From Bugula neritina (taxonomy: Eukaryota; Animalia; Bryozoa), in assembly GCA_964035545.1 (NCBI GenBank), contig OZ037766.1:4888722-4952721 (forward strand): a stretch of DNA of 64,000 nt. Reading direction: 5' to 3'. The position numbers and the translations under genes are program-made. This document shows positions 38,850-51,700 of the stretch, piece by piece. The first letter of the stretch is position 1; each line of letters begins with the position of its first letter. The notes under the pieces were generated by a model. The model ran no database searches, was not told the DNA's origin, and was given only the letters and a program-made list of their open reading frames with translations.

Positions 38850-40957
38850 TGTCGTTTATCTGATGCATTTTGTTAACAGCTTCGTTTTTCTGGGTTTTAC
38901 TGTTAATCTGGTTTTATGGTGGGTTGCTTGTTTGAACCATTGGATGTCGCTACGTTTCTGGGGTATTTATGCATTTTGTGAAGAGAAGTTGGGTGCCTTT
39001 CTTTGCAGGTGTTACACACAGCAGGAGATTCACATTCCTTGGCAATGTGGTTACCATCTAAACAGGCATAGCAAAGGTGTTTGCCTCTGATGAACTCATG
39101 AGCTTCGGAAAATGGCGGAAGGTTTAGCTTCCCACAAACAGCAGTTTTGTGATTGTCCATTTTGCAGAATATACATGCATTAATGTGTGCCTTAAGTTGC
39201 TGTGGAGCAACTTCAATTTGCTGTGTAGCAAATGTCCTCTTTGGAATTACAGGTTTTTAATGATGTCTTGAGTTTTTGTTTTTGCTTGTGTGTTTGATTC
39301 ATGGAGAACTTTTGACAATGAATTTCGAGCTATATCGCAGTGGTGTGATAAAAATGTTATAAACGTTTTTAGAGGAGAAAATCTTCCAGTCTCTCTTTCT
39401 AATCTGATAGACTCGTCAGCCCACCTTTCTCCGATTTGATGTGGAATTTTCAGTATTAACCTTTTATTGGCTGCTTTCGTATTGAGGTTGATGTCTGCAT
39501 CGAGACCATCAATGGATTCCAGTAAATCAATAAAATCTTCTAAAGCTTCTGCATCTCTTTGGTTTATTTTTGGCCAGTTTTGGAGTTTCTCTAAGTATGC
39601 CTCTGTTATTTTTTTTCCTTTCCCGTATCTGTCATCTAATTTAGCCCAGGCTGCCTCATATGAGTGTTCTGTCTTTTGTCTGTAAAGACCTTGGATGGCT
39701 TTGTGAGCTCTGCCATCTACAAACTGTCTTAATTTTAACCATTTTTGTCCGGCTGAGCTTTTTGAGAGGTTAAAAGCCTCATTGAAGGCCGCCTTCCAAT
39801 CCTGGTATTCCAGAGGATCGCCCGAAAACATGGGGGGGTTCTGATGGGCGTTGCCTAACTAGGTTGATAGCTTCAGCGTAATCGTCAGGTGTGAAGGCAG
39901 GTTGCTGTTGATAGCTGGGGTTAGTAATAGGGCTTTGATAAGTAACCTGGGGAACATTGCTTGAGAGCTCATTGGACTGTAAAAAAAGGGTTTGTGAATG
40001 GTAGAGGCATTGTGAACTGTAAGAAAGGGTTTGTAGATGCTACAGGTGTGGTTGGAAGAATGCGAGGTTGCATGATATTTTTAGTCATAGGCTGAGGTGT
40101 GTGAATGATGGGTTGAGGTGGAGTAGCTGGTATGATGGATGGCAACTGATTTAGAAGGAAAGAAAAGCTGTTCTTCTCTTTCTCTTCTTCAATGGCTTGA
40201 GCTATGACTTGCTCTTCAGCCTCTGCTGCGTCTATTTCAGTCTGAAGCTCTTGCTGCTTGATAGCGTTTGTAAGTTGACTGGCTTGCTGTCGTCACTCAT
40301 GAACTATATTGGCAGATTCTAATTTCTTTCTTAGTTCGGCTGCTTTAGCTTTGGATTGCACCTGCATTAATCTTAGCTGTGGCTGTGAGCTAGCAGGATA
40401 TGAGTGACTGGATGAAGCCGATTTTGAACTAACAAAATGACAGCAGATCCTAAGATCTCAAAGCGCTGATTTTCTTCTGCTGGCTCGAAGCCAGCAGTTT
40501 TTGTTTTAGTTGAAATTTTACTCATTTGATCTATGGCATCACCAATCAATGTTTCACAATCAGAATGCAATCTATCCATTTGATTTCGGACCTGGAGATC
40601 TGGCTCATGGTCTCCTAGCATGAGACGCCACTCATCATAAGTTCCCTCTAGATTGTGTTTAACTTGAGATAGTTGGTTTTTATAACCTTCCAATGAGTCG
40701 TACGAAATATCCTGTTTTGATGCAAAGTGTAAAAATATAGATTTGTGTAACTCAGCACAGTTTGTGATTTCATTGTCTAGTTGTGCAGCTTTCTGATTAA
40801 TTTTTGTTCTTGAAAATAAATGGGGTTTTGTTTGTTTTCTGGGTTGATTCTTTGAGTACTCCACTTCAAGGCAATGAGTTGCAGCAGGATTTGTGTCTTC
40901 TTGGTTTTGGCAGCAACTGCACAGAAGTGGTCTTTTCGATAGTAGGTAGAGTTTCAC
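38850..40957 (-). pseudogene. BEL/Pao gag remnant, frameshifted
   Basis: ORF pieces 40373-40957, 39247-39831 and 38903-39160 are similar to the intact Gag (EPDLQVRNQMDR vs EPDLKVRNQIDR; FSGDPLEYQDWK vs FFGEPLEYLDWK). Confidence 0.85.
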
Positions 40958-41574
40958 TGTAACTTCTACCCCAGTTTATTAATAATAGGTTGCACTGCTG
41001 GAGTTTTGCTGATGTTTATTGAAACCAACTGGTAATAACATGAAACTACAATAATACAATTAAATAATAGAGACATTAATGACAAGAAAAATGAAACATA
41101 AAACATTACGAAATTGTTGCATAACAATGTTCAACATACCTCTATTACCCTTCCTGGGGAGAGTTAAAATTAAATATATAAGGTTGTAATAGTGAAAGTT
41201 GAAATATCCACATGTATCATGTACAAAATCAAAAATGACTAGTGAGAATGACAACAGTCGGTGGAGAAAAGCATCAGACTGGCATGAAGGCATAAAACAA
41301 CTCAGCTGCTGTAATTTCTGGCTACAAGCTATAAAAAGCTGACAGCTATTCTGGTAGCAAAAATCATTGCATTGTAATATAGTGAATACAAAGCTATCTG
41401 TGGTTTAAAAAAGCTGTGGCTAAGTGACTAGCTAAGTGAGTAGCTAAATGAGTATATGGGTGAATGGTGATGAATTGTCCTGTGCCACTGCAAGTGATGA
41501 TTTGAATAGATTGAGCAAAAGTTAATACAATGTAGTAGTGTGTAATAAATATAATAAGGAATGATCAAAATGCA
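40958..41574 (-). repeat. 5' LTR of the decayed BEL/Pao element (outer end eroded)
   Basis: Direct repeat of 37614-38228; ends AAAATGCA instead of AAAACGCTACA. Confidence 0.85.
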
Positions 41575-44214
41575 ATTTTATAACTAGCATTAAAGCTGCG
41601 AAGTGTAAGGGAAAAAGTAAAACCTCAAAAGGATATGATTGGCTATTACAACCAAATAGAATGAAGATTTTAAGGGTTTATGTAGTTTGAAATATTATCA
41701 TATGATAATCGCAGAATAAATTACTTGATGAAACACAAAAGTAAAGGATAAGTAAAGGCTTATAATTATTAGCTATTATCAAAAGCGAAGTAGTCAATTT
41801 ATTTTAAGCTTACAGAAAAATTACCTGAAATAATAGCGGCTATAGAACCAATGCAATAACTACATTTCTTATAAATTGGGGTGCATGATTCATCAGTGGG
41901 TTGCAACTTATATTTATGTATGATTATTATTTTGTAACTGTTTTCTGATCCCTGGTTAGGAAAAAAATTTTGCTTGATTATGGTCTAAAGACCTGCTAGT
42001 TGTTCATCAAATGAGTACAAACAGCAATTTCACTCGAACAGATTTTGTCTGTATGGGCTGTGGTTTCATTGAAATTATACTAAATTCCTATTGATCAAAA
42101 GATAAATCCATGTGCACAGTCCCAACTTTGGCAGCACAATGATAACGTGTGTCCAGCCTTTGAACTATGGTTTATGCAGATAATACATTTGCCCTACATT
42201 TTCAGACCAAGCTTCAACAAAGGCATTGCATTTAAAACTATAGCTACATGTAATATTGCACCAATAGAATATCATTCATCTTTTAAAAATCATATGTGAA
42301 CATTAAATTGGTAAAGTGTTTTGCTAAAAGTTGTTTTTGAAAAATTAAATATCTAAACTTTTACGTACCTACCTTATGCATGTACAATAAATTAGTATTC
42401 AACATAATAGCTTCAAAATGCCTTAAAGCAGATATGCAGTATTCATAGCATATGCAGGCTTCACTTGCACACTCTACTACATATACGATTTAATGAGAAA
42501 TTATTTTAAAATGTTGACGCATTATTAGATATTCTACTATAACGTTATATTACACATAATTGAATATCAACTTATTTTAAACTGCTAATGCAAAAATTAA
42601 TGAGAAACATATGCCTTTAATTACTCATTATGGATTTTAAGCATCATTATTAAGATGTTAGTTGATTACCACTAACTAGAATGCACAATGCTGTTAAGGC
42701 ACCATATTTCAGCAATGACCAAATGTGACCACTCTATATTAACATATAGTATTATAAGCCATATGGTAGCTAGTGTTGGCAGAAGATTACAGAACACTGA
42801 TCTATTTAAACTTTCTTCAACTTAGCAGTAAGTAGAAAACTTCATTACCCAATGTCTATAAACTGCCCTTCTACTAGTGACATTGCTATTTTTCTTATCA
42901 TGTGACATCTACAATCAGTTATTGCATTGGATTTTCTTTGATCAATTTAATGTAATGATTATCACATTGAGGTCTATAGCTTACTGGGTAATAGTTTATA
43001 TAATTTCTAAACAATTTCAATTATATTTTATTATAGAGGTCAGCCTTTAAATAAAAGGCTTTAATTAAGCAGTTTCTGATAAGTTGACTGTCAGGATCAA
43101 GAAAGGTAAATTTGGTTCATTTATGTTAATGAAATGTGTTATTAACATATAAAACTTTTATATATGATTTGCCTGCAAGTGAGTTGAAACCCTACGCGGT
43201 ACTTGATTGCTATGTAACCTGTTCCACAGGCAGTTAGACTGTGATCTTACTTTCTAACCTCTCTTTTGCTGAGTTAATGCTTGTATCTGGTATATCGTAT
43301 AGTTCACACCACCTTATGTTCAATTTAGACACAATTTAATGCTCAATCTCAGGTGGTCTGTGAAAAATTGTCTATAATCATTCATTTTGCTTTTAATACA
43401 AAAACTGTTATCATTTTTTAAAATTGCAGTTGCTAAGAAGTGTTAAAAACAAAACTTTCATTTTTTGCCAAAACCTATGATAGTTGCGGCAGTTATGGAA
43501 TGCATAGAAAATCAGATTACCCTTGACTTTATACCAACTTGCACAAAATTCCATAAGTTATCAAGAGTTTAAGTATTGTATTTATAAAAATAATAAGTGA
43601 ATACTTCAATTCATTTTTACAGTTCATTTGTAACAATGCAACAAACGACAAATGAAAGTTGTTACTTGGTTTTATATCACAATTCTCTTACAAACAGCTG
43701 GAGTGATATCTAGTTGCATGGCTTTAACTCAACATAATAGTATTAGCTCTATTGCTCAGGGTTACTTTAGGTCACATATAACTAATTCAGTATATTATAC
43801 ACTGCATGCAGCCACTTTATTTAATTTGCTTTTCGTATGTAGAACGTGTTAATAACTTTTATCATCCCCATGTTTACTCTCAGTAAGTGAAAAACGTCAT
43901 CTTGGATGTATTTCCAAATACATACTCAGATTCAAAGAAGTTGCTGAGGTATTCTAATTTATTATATAAAATATTTAGCTTCTCTCTGTGCCTATGCATA
44001 CTTTATCTACGAGTAAGTTGTGAGGCTTATTGCCTATTTGAAGAAAAATGCTAGTAATTTATGGTAACTATAACTAGACTAAAAACTTAAAAACAACTTT
44101 TTAGGCCTAAAAACTATGCTGTACCTGATTGAAAGTTGCATATCTAATATTAAAATCCAAGCTCGTTGCAATAAGCTAACTTGAGAATTTTGTACTTTTA
44201 GTTGAGACTTGACC

Positions 44215-44394
44215 ATGTTTCTATCTGGTCTTAGAGGTTTCTCTGCCCAGTGCTGGTTACTGGCTGTAATCTGCTCAGCTGAAGGTAATGATTGGCTCTT
44301 GTTTTTAAAACTTTGGGTTTATTTCTTAAACGTTTTTAATGAGAAATGATAATTTGTTTCATACATACACATATACATACATATACACATATAC

Positions 44395-44449
<55 letters not shown>

Positions 44450-45723
44450 TATACATATACATACACACACACACACATACACATACAGATACACATACAC
44501 ATATACATACACATATACATGTGTGGTATTATTTAAATATATATCATATATATCAACGTGTATTTTAGAGTTCGTTGTACACCACTCTGCTCTGCCACCC
44601 TCTGCTAATCAGCTGCCGTACACCATCCCGCTGACTTTATCTTGGACTAATGCATCTGAAGGTCAAGTTAATGTGACCTTCAGGTTAGTGAGAAGTGGTG
44701 AGCAGCAGATACAGGCCATATCTCTATCACAGATATACGAGGGAGCAGCTAAAACTAAACAGAGTTCAGTGGCCTATTTGAAGGTCTCAACTTATTTTCC
44801 ACTTATTCCTGAGCTTATGAAGCTTCTAATATTATATAATATGTTCTACTTAGACTTTGTGTTGACATGTAAAAGTTTTGCATATAACTCCTGCAAGTGC
44901 CTAATTGTATATACATTTGCTATAAAGAAGTTCTAAGGTAAAGCATAGTTGAAAGCTTTCTAGAAAGAATATAGAGTAGATGAAGGTTTTCAGTAAAAAA
45001 TCAGTTGTGATGATACAAACATTGAAAACTGGCTTCAAATTTGTCTTTTATATTAAATTTTTATAAAATTAAAAAAAAAGCTACAGCTTTATCCTTATAA
45101 AATACACTCAAGCTGAATTAGCACTAGAATGTAGGCTGCTACTGTCATATGTTAAAAATCAATTTGATGCAGAATATGAGTATTAAAATGTAATATACAA
45201 TATATTTTTCTTGCAGGACGCAGTATTTTACGAAGATTTGTCCTACTTATGCATTTTATCTATCTCCTACACAGGAAATCAGAGCTCTCCCACACTGGTA
45301 AAGGATAATTATTGTATCACCTTCGGATATAATATGCAATGAGTAAAATATGTTACACTTATAAATAGCAAATCTAGAAAACATTTAAAAAAATACGTGA
45401 TTGTTATTCACCTTACCTTTTCGGGCTCCTAACACTTGCCTGGTCTAGCTCATAGTTATAGGTGTATGGCTACCCTCTTATGCAAGGTAGAGATGAAATA
45501 TTCCGGAGTGGAAAATTTTCTGTATCTACATTATTTATGGGACTGAATTCTGACTCATGTACTATTTTATGCTGGTCAACCCTACTTTTTCATCTTAATG
45601 TGTTGTTACCTGTATAAATAAGATATAGTGGCAGATTTCTGCAAAGTTTGTTTTGCAGCAGATTACAAGTTGTGTAACTAGTTTATTCTAAGTCTATGCT
45701 TGTGGCCACTATTATTTTGATTT

Positions 45724-45759
<36 letters not shown>

Positions 45760-48700
45760 CAAAACTTATATAAATTCGTGCTTTGCTCTTTATAAAGTCA
45801 AAATTTTATATATTGCATCAGTTTACTGATTTATACCAGCTATTTGTTTCAAATAGTACACCTGTTTATTTTGGACTATGATTTGAAGAAGTAATTAAAA
45901 TATAAGAATAATTGTATGGGTAAAAGTAGTAACTTGAATAAAAAAATATTTTAAAATTTATTAAATACCACTTTGAAATTTATTAATTTCATTGTTTAGA
46001 GATGATTCCTCAAATGATGTAATTACCCACTTCTTAAATATTGTATATATAGAACTTCATATTATGGAGTGCAAAATGCTATTGGCTATATAACATCATT
46101 TTATCAAGTCTTTGCATTTTGTTATTTTTAGCTGGGAAGCTTTACTTTGAATAATGTGAGATATGAGATATCTGCATACCACCCTGAGCTACATGCCGAA
46201 GAAGATGGAATCAGGGCTATGGTGGGAGACCATATCTTGATATCAAAACAAGGAGAGCCTGATTATATAGAGAGTGGTAACTCAAGATATGCTCTAATAT
46301 TCATGCTGTGACATCATACACCTTTAACAATAAGTTATACAGTGTCTGTGCTCATTGGTCAACTATAGCTTTGAAAATAAACTAGATGGCAATTAATGGC
46401 AACACAATATATTATGCATGTTACTTATGAAGAATTTATTATATTTTATTAATTTAAATTCTTTAGAGTTGCTAACTGATGCATTGGATTGTTTGTTAGA
46501 TCAGATTTCAAACCTTTTAGATGGAAGTCGGGTGAGAAGGGAAACGTCCCCAACTACCACAAGTACTGTAGAGTTATATGTGGTTGTAGACTATTATCTC
46601 TACATCAGGTAAAATTCTAGCAGTTTACTAATAAATTAAATATCAATGAATTGTATTTCCTGCTATAACCAGATTGTCGTAAAATCTCAAACTATACTAA
46701 AAACATACCACAAAAAAAATTTAATGGGTAATGCTTTTTTTGTTATTTTTATTTTTATGCTAAAATGTTTCACACAGGCTTCTGAACGTAAGCAGAATCC
46801 TCAACTGGCCATCAGGAGTTGACAATTTCATTGCCTATTGCGTAACTCAGAAAGTGAAAGAGGTATTACATTATCCGTTGTAGAAGTTTATGTTATTCTA
46901 TTACTGTATAGATTTAAATCAGTGTTTCACGAAAAGCAACGAGTGTTGAAGCAAATACAGCACATCAATGTTTGTGACAGGCTGAGACTGTTGTTATGTA
47001 ATCTCACTGAAATCTAGAGCTTTACTTGCATATTTTGAAATCTGTAATGGTAGCTTTAACAAGCACACATGTGTGCATTAAATATAGCACTCGGCGCAAA
47101 CAGACATTGTGGATGAGGAAAGCAATTTGTTGATGCACAATTTATTATTTTGTGCACAATATATAACTAGTATATATATGTATATATTGTAGGTCGATAT
47201 AAGATTTAGGAGCATCCTAACAACATCATTTGCTCTACATGTTGAGCTTGTTCATATACAGATAGCTAAGGTAAGTATAACTGCTACATACTGTATGATC
47301 ATATAGTAATGTTTGCTGCTGAGAGCCTGTGTATAATGTCTTAAAAAGGTTCATGTCAGTAAAATGTTCTGTAAATAACAGTGGTTCAGCATCTTATACC
47401 AAATATTCCTCAAACTGTAGAAACTGTAATGCTCTACTTCTTATATGCAGCATAATTATTATATATTATATTCTTATACATTATTATACTCTTTGTCACA
47501 TGCGACATATTATATTCTTTGTCACATGTGACATATTATATTCTTTGTCACATGCGACATATTATATTCTTTGTCACATGCAACGTATATCCCAGTGTCA
47601 CACCTAGTATCAGGATTAGCATGTTGTAGACAGAATTAGAATCAGCATGGACAGCTGGTATAGCTGATAAAGATAGAATGCAAGTTAGCACAACTTCCAT
47701 ATCCAGATTCAACACTTGGGTAAACAGTGAAGGGCCAGTGGTCAATGCTGACCATTACATGTTGCTTACTGGGTAATGATAGGCCAGTAATAATACATGG
47801 TGTAAGACAAGACGAAATAAAATGGCAAATATTTATTTTAGTGGTACAGCTACCCATGCGGGACTGCAGCTGTCTAAGTGAAGTTTGACATTCTATTCAT
47901 TTGCTTACCTGCTCTGGTTAAGATAATAACAATTTTCCCAGGTTTATGCTAACAGTTGTTTATTAGTATAATAGTGGTATTATACTAGCTTTGTGCATCA
48001 ATATTTTGTCTGCGTTTTGAAACTGTAATATAGTATGATTTTTTGAAATATTTTTTAAAACCTTCCCGTCTTTTTCAATTCCATAAGACTAAAAGCTAAT
48101 TTCAAGATTTCTGTCGGTACTTGTGTGGAATTCTCAAGCAAGGCAGAGTGTATATAATTCTTCTGTCACTTTCAGGTTAGATTTATATGGAGGGAGCGAC
48201 TCCGACAGAAAACTCTACTACACTGGTGTAGGCTACGTGGAGGGTGTTTGTCTTTCATATGCAACTTCTGTGTGCGAATACGAAATCACATCTACGGGCA
48301 TGGCCCATGAACTGGCTCATAAGTATGTTACCTTGACCTTTTGGCTACTGCATGTCGTGCTGGTAGTTTCAAATTTGACAATAAAGGCTACAGGTTTATA
48401 TTACTGAAACAAGAATACAAATTTATAAAACAAATACTACAGCATGTTTTTAAAAGCTTTCATTAAAAGAAAAGAATTCTGTTGTATATTTAGTCATTAG
48501 AGGTTTATAAAAAAGTAGTGAATTTTATTCTAATTTAGTAATATGAGTTCTGTGATGAAGTGTTGGGGTGATTCAGTATTATGCTAAGATAATGAGTTGT
48601 TTATAAATCACAACTTAAAATTTTGTTTTACTCAATATGCAAAATATATCTCGCTGTCACCATTTTATGACAGTATTATTGCAAGAGTTGTGTCAGCTAG

Positions 48701-51700
48701 TATTTCTATTAGTCTTGGAGCAAACCATGATGGGACGGGTAATAACTGCTTGGAACAGACCAAGAATGTGATGGCCCCACTAACATCAAGTAGTACTCCG
48801 TCCACACGAGGAAATTCATGGAGATTTTCAAAATGTTCTATCAGTTCTATGGAGACGTTCATCAACACATTGATCAGGTAATTTCGAGTTTAACACTGCC
48901 GAGTCATTGCTGGTAAATACTGTTTCCTTGCTAAGTACATAAACCATAAAATTATGTGGTTATAAAATGAACTATTTAAAACAAATTGGTTGTTTTTATA
49001 AAGCATTTTATTATAATATTTTTAGAGTACCACAAGCTTGACGGTAATTATATTACAAGTATTATTATTATGCTTTTGAATTGCCAAAATATCATACAAG
49101 CATCTAAAAAGTAATTGTCTTATTAGTTTATAACCTTATGCTTTTTATTTATAAGTTTCTTGAACTGTTTCTCACCATATGCATTTTAGTTATTTTTATT
49201 TATAAACAATACTATTAACTGTATTATTTGTATCATTGTTTGCTTTCAAGTCTCATCAGATCAACACTACAAAGTTATTGAATTATTTGAGAGTTGTCCA
49301 CTTGTGTGATAAAATAGATGGAAAACTACTTCACAGTAACTCTAGATTTTAGATGCTTCCAAATCTTTCTTATCATTAAAGCTTTCATTGAACCAGACAA
49401 TGTGTCCGGTGAACACTATGCTCTGCTCACAGTCCAGATATGTTGGTTTATAAATATTTAGAGATGGAACGAACTGTCTAGACAGCACCACAATGAACTC
49501 ATACTCTTACGCATGGACAAATTATTCTAGCGAACATTTTGGTCAGTCGCTAAGTTCGGATGAACAATGTAAGATTGCTGCTGAAGATGGACAATTTATC
49601 TACGCTGGGGTATATACATGTACATATTAGTAGATGTTATCTTAGCATGTAGATGTCCAATATAAGTCATATAAGCACAAATTACTGTGAATATTGCTAA
49701 ATAACAGAAATATAAGACTTGAATACAGACTGAATAAAACAGCAGATCAATCTGATAATTATTAGAATTAGTTAACACTAGCAAACATGCTCTCTCTTGT
49801 CATTGGTCAGTTAACCATTAGTAATGAATCTTGTACAATACAAACTTTTACAGTTGATATGTCTAATATGTACCTATCAGATAATACAGTAGAACAGCAG
49901 TAGGTTTTATGGATAGCTTATGCACCAAATTTAAACAAAGTCAAAGCAAATTGTAAAGTAAATGTGATTTTACTGACTGTTTCATAGATACTTTCTTGTT
50001 TCAAAAATATTTGAAAAGTAACAAAATTTCCGTAAATATATGGTCAGATAAATATTTAGAATATAATGGCACCGAATCACCAAGTTTAATGTTTTTGCAG
50101 GGACTTAGTAGCGCTGAAAAGATGTGTTACAGTATCACATGCTTAAACCTGAACACCAACACAGAGAAGCAATTTGGACCAGCTTTTGAGCATACCAGTT
50201 GTGGTGACCACAAGGTAGCTGTACCTTTATATATGACATGACTGTGACATCATGGTTATCAATATTTATATGTATTTATTTATATAAATATATAATATCT
50301 TTATATGTTTATTATTATTAACGATCACATGCACACATTTTGTGGATCCAAGTAAAACAAACAGTAGGTGTACATGCAACTTTTAGCAATTTAAACTGAA
50401 CCTGTTTCCTTTTGACAGTGGTGTATAGAAGAGAAGTGTGTGTATGACACTAGGGCTCCAGCCACGCATGGTAAGTGGGGTATTTATCTCTAAGCAGAAT
50501 TTGTATGTCACGTATATTTTCCCATCTTCATTCTTTTTAGTTGTGTAGCAAACATAGTTACTTAAACCATGTATTACAGCCACTTGCCCTTTGGGTGAGA
50601 AAGCGTACTGCAGCACCATTTACAGTGGCAGATGTTATGACCCAGAGGTACAGAAAGATTGCTGCATTACATGTCCATTGCGTAAGAAAGATACTGCAGA
50701 TGGCACTTGTATCTATGGCAACAAGGCCAGTACATGCTCCTCTAAGAACTTCCCCTACGAGTGTTACTGGAGCAGTGATTGTTGTGAAACATGCCAAGAG
50801 TACCTGAGTCCTTGGCTTGGGCCGAACTGTCCTTATGGGGATAAGTACTTTGTCTGCTCAGATCCTAGCTACAGTCCTTGCACTTATTTCCCCACCCAGT
50901 GCTGCGACACGTGCTGTCCACAGGTGGGGGCTGCACCTGGGTATTCGTGTAGTCCAAGTGAAGTTACTCTATTGAAACGCACCACCCGAACTGCTGGTCG
51001 CAATCTCAAGGCCATCTGGTCACCAGCTCGTACAACTACTAAGCTGAGTTCTGCCCCGTCTTCGTTCTCCAGTCCTGCTGTTTCAGCTACCACCCTTCCA
51101 ACTGCATACCAGCCGACTCTTCCTATAATAGTGTCAAGGTTAAATTTATCAAGAAAACATGAATTCAATACTAATTCAAGATTTGGATTCTTTCTTCGGA
51201 TAAACACCATAATCAATGTTTCATTTGACTGCAGAGAATTGGAGTTGTCACCTGCTAATGGAAAAACTTACATAGAAGCTGAGGTAGTATATACTGTATT
51301 ATAAATATATTGCTGGGTGCTTCTTCAACAAAGGGTTTACCAATTGCTGATTTGTTGTCATAAAATCTATAAATAGTACAGAAATATATTCCAAAATAGA
51401 AATATAGTATGATATTTTCCGTGGAATATGATGGTATGGGTTGGCCAAGACTTGCACTGGTTTTACATGTAGTCACATTGTATGATGGTATTTGGTATAT
51501 TTTGGCACAGATTTATATTAACATGAGCTCAACCATTATAATGTGAATGAGAATCATGCAGCTTTAAGAGTCAAATGCAAGCTGATGTTAAGTTGCTGTA
51601 AATTAAAAGCAACATAATTACTAATCAAGGCAGCTGAGATGATTTATATATGTTAAACTGGCGGTATGCAATGCTTTCTGTAAAACTTTTGCCTTCACTG

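Larger units (their letters stand above)
37614..41574 (-). mobile_element. Internally deleted, decayed BEL/Pao LTR retrotransposon
   Basis: LTRs at 37614-38228 and 40958-~41574 (TG start; about 20-25 differences counted by eye). PPT GAGTGGGAG next to the 3' LTR. Frameshifted gag (FSGDPLEYQDWK, CCHC knuckles), a short RT/RNase H fragment (38503-38868) and an integrase C-terminal remnant; most of pol is missing. Confidence 0.9.

Noticed and set aside
41570-41585. Target-site duplication for the decayed BEL/Pao element
   Set aside because: The left flank AACAT is not repeated on the right, where the LTR end is eroded.
44339-44568. His/Thr- or Tyr/Thr-repeat ORFs
   Set aside because: Translations of an intronic microsatellite; only 44569-44783 is exonic.
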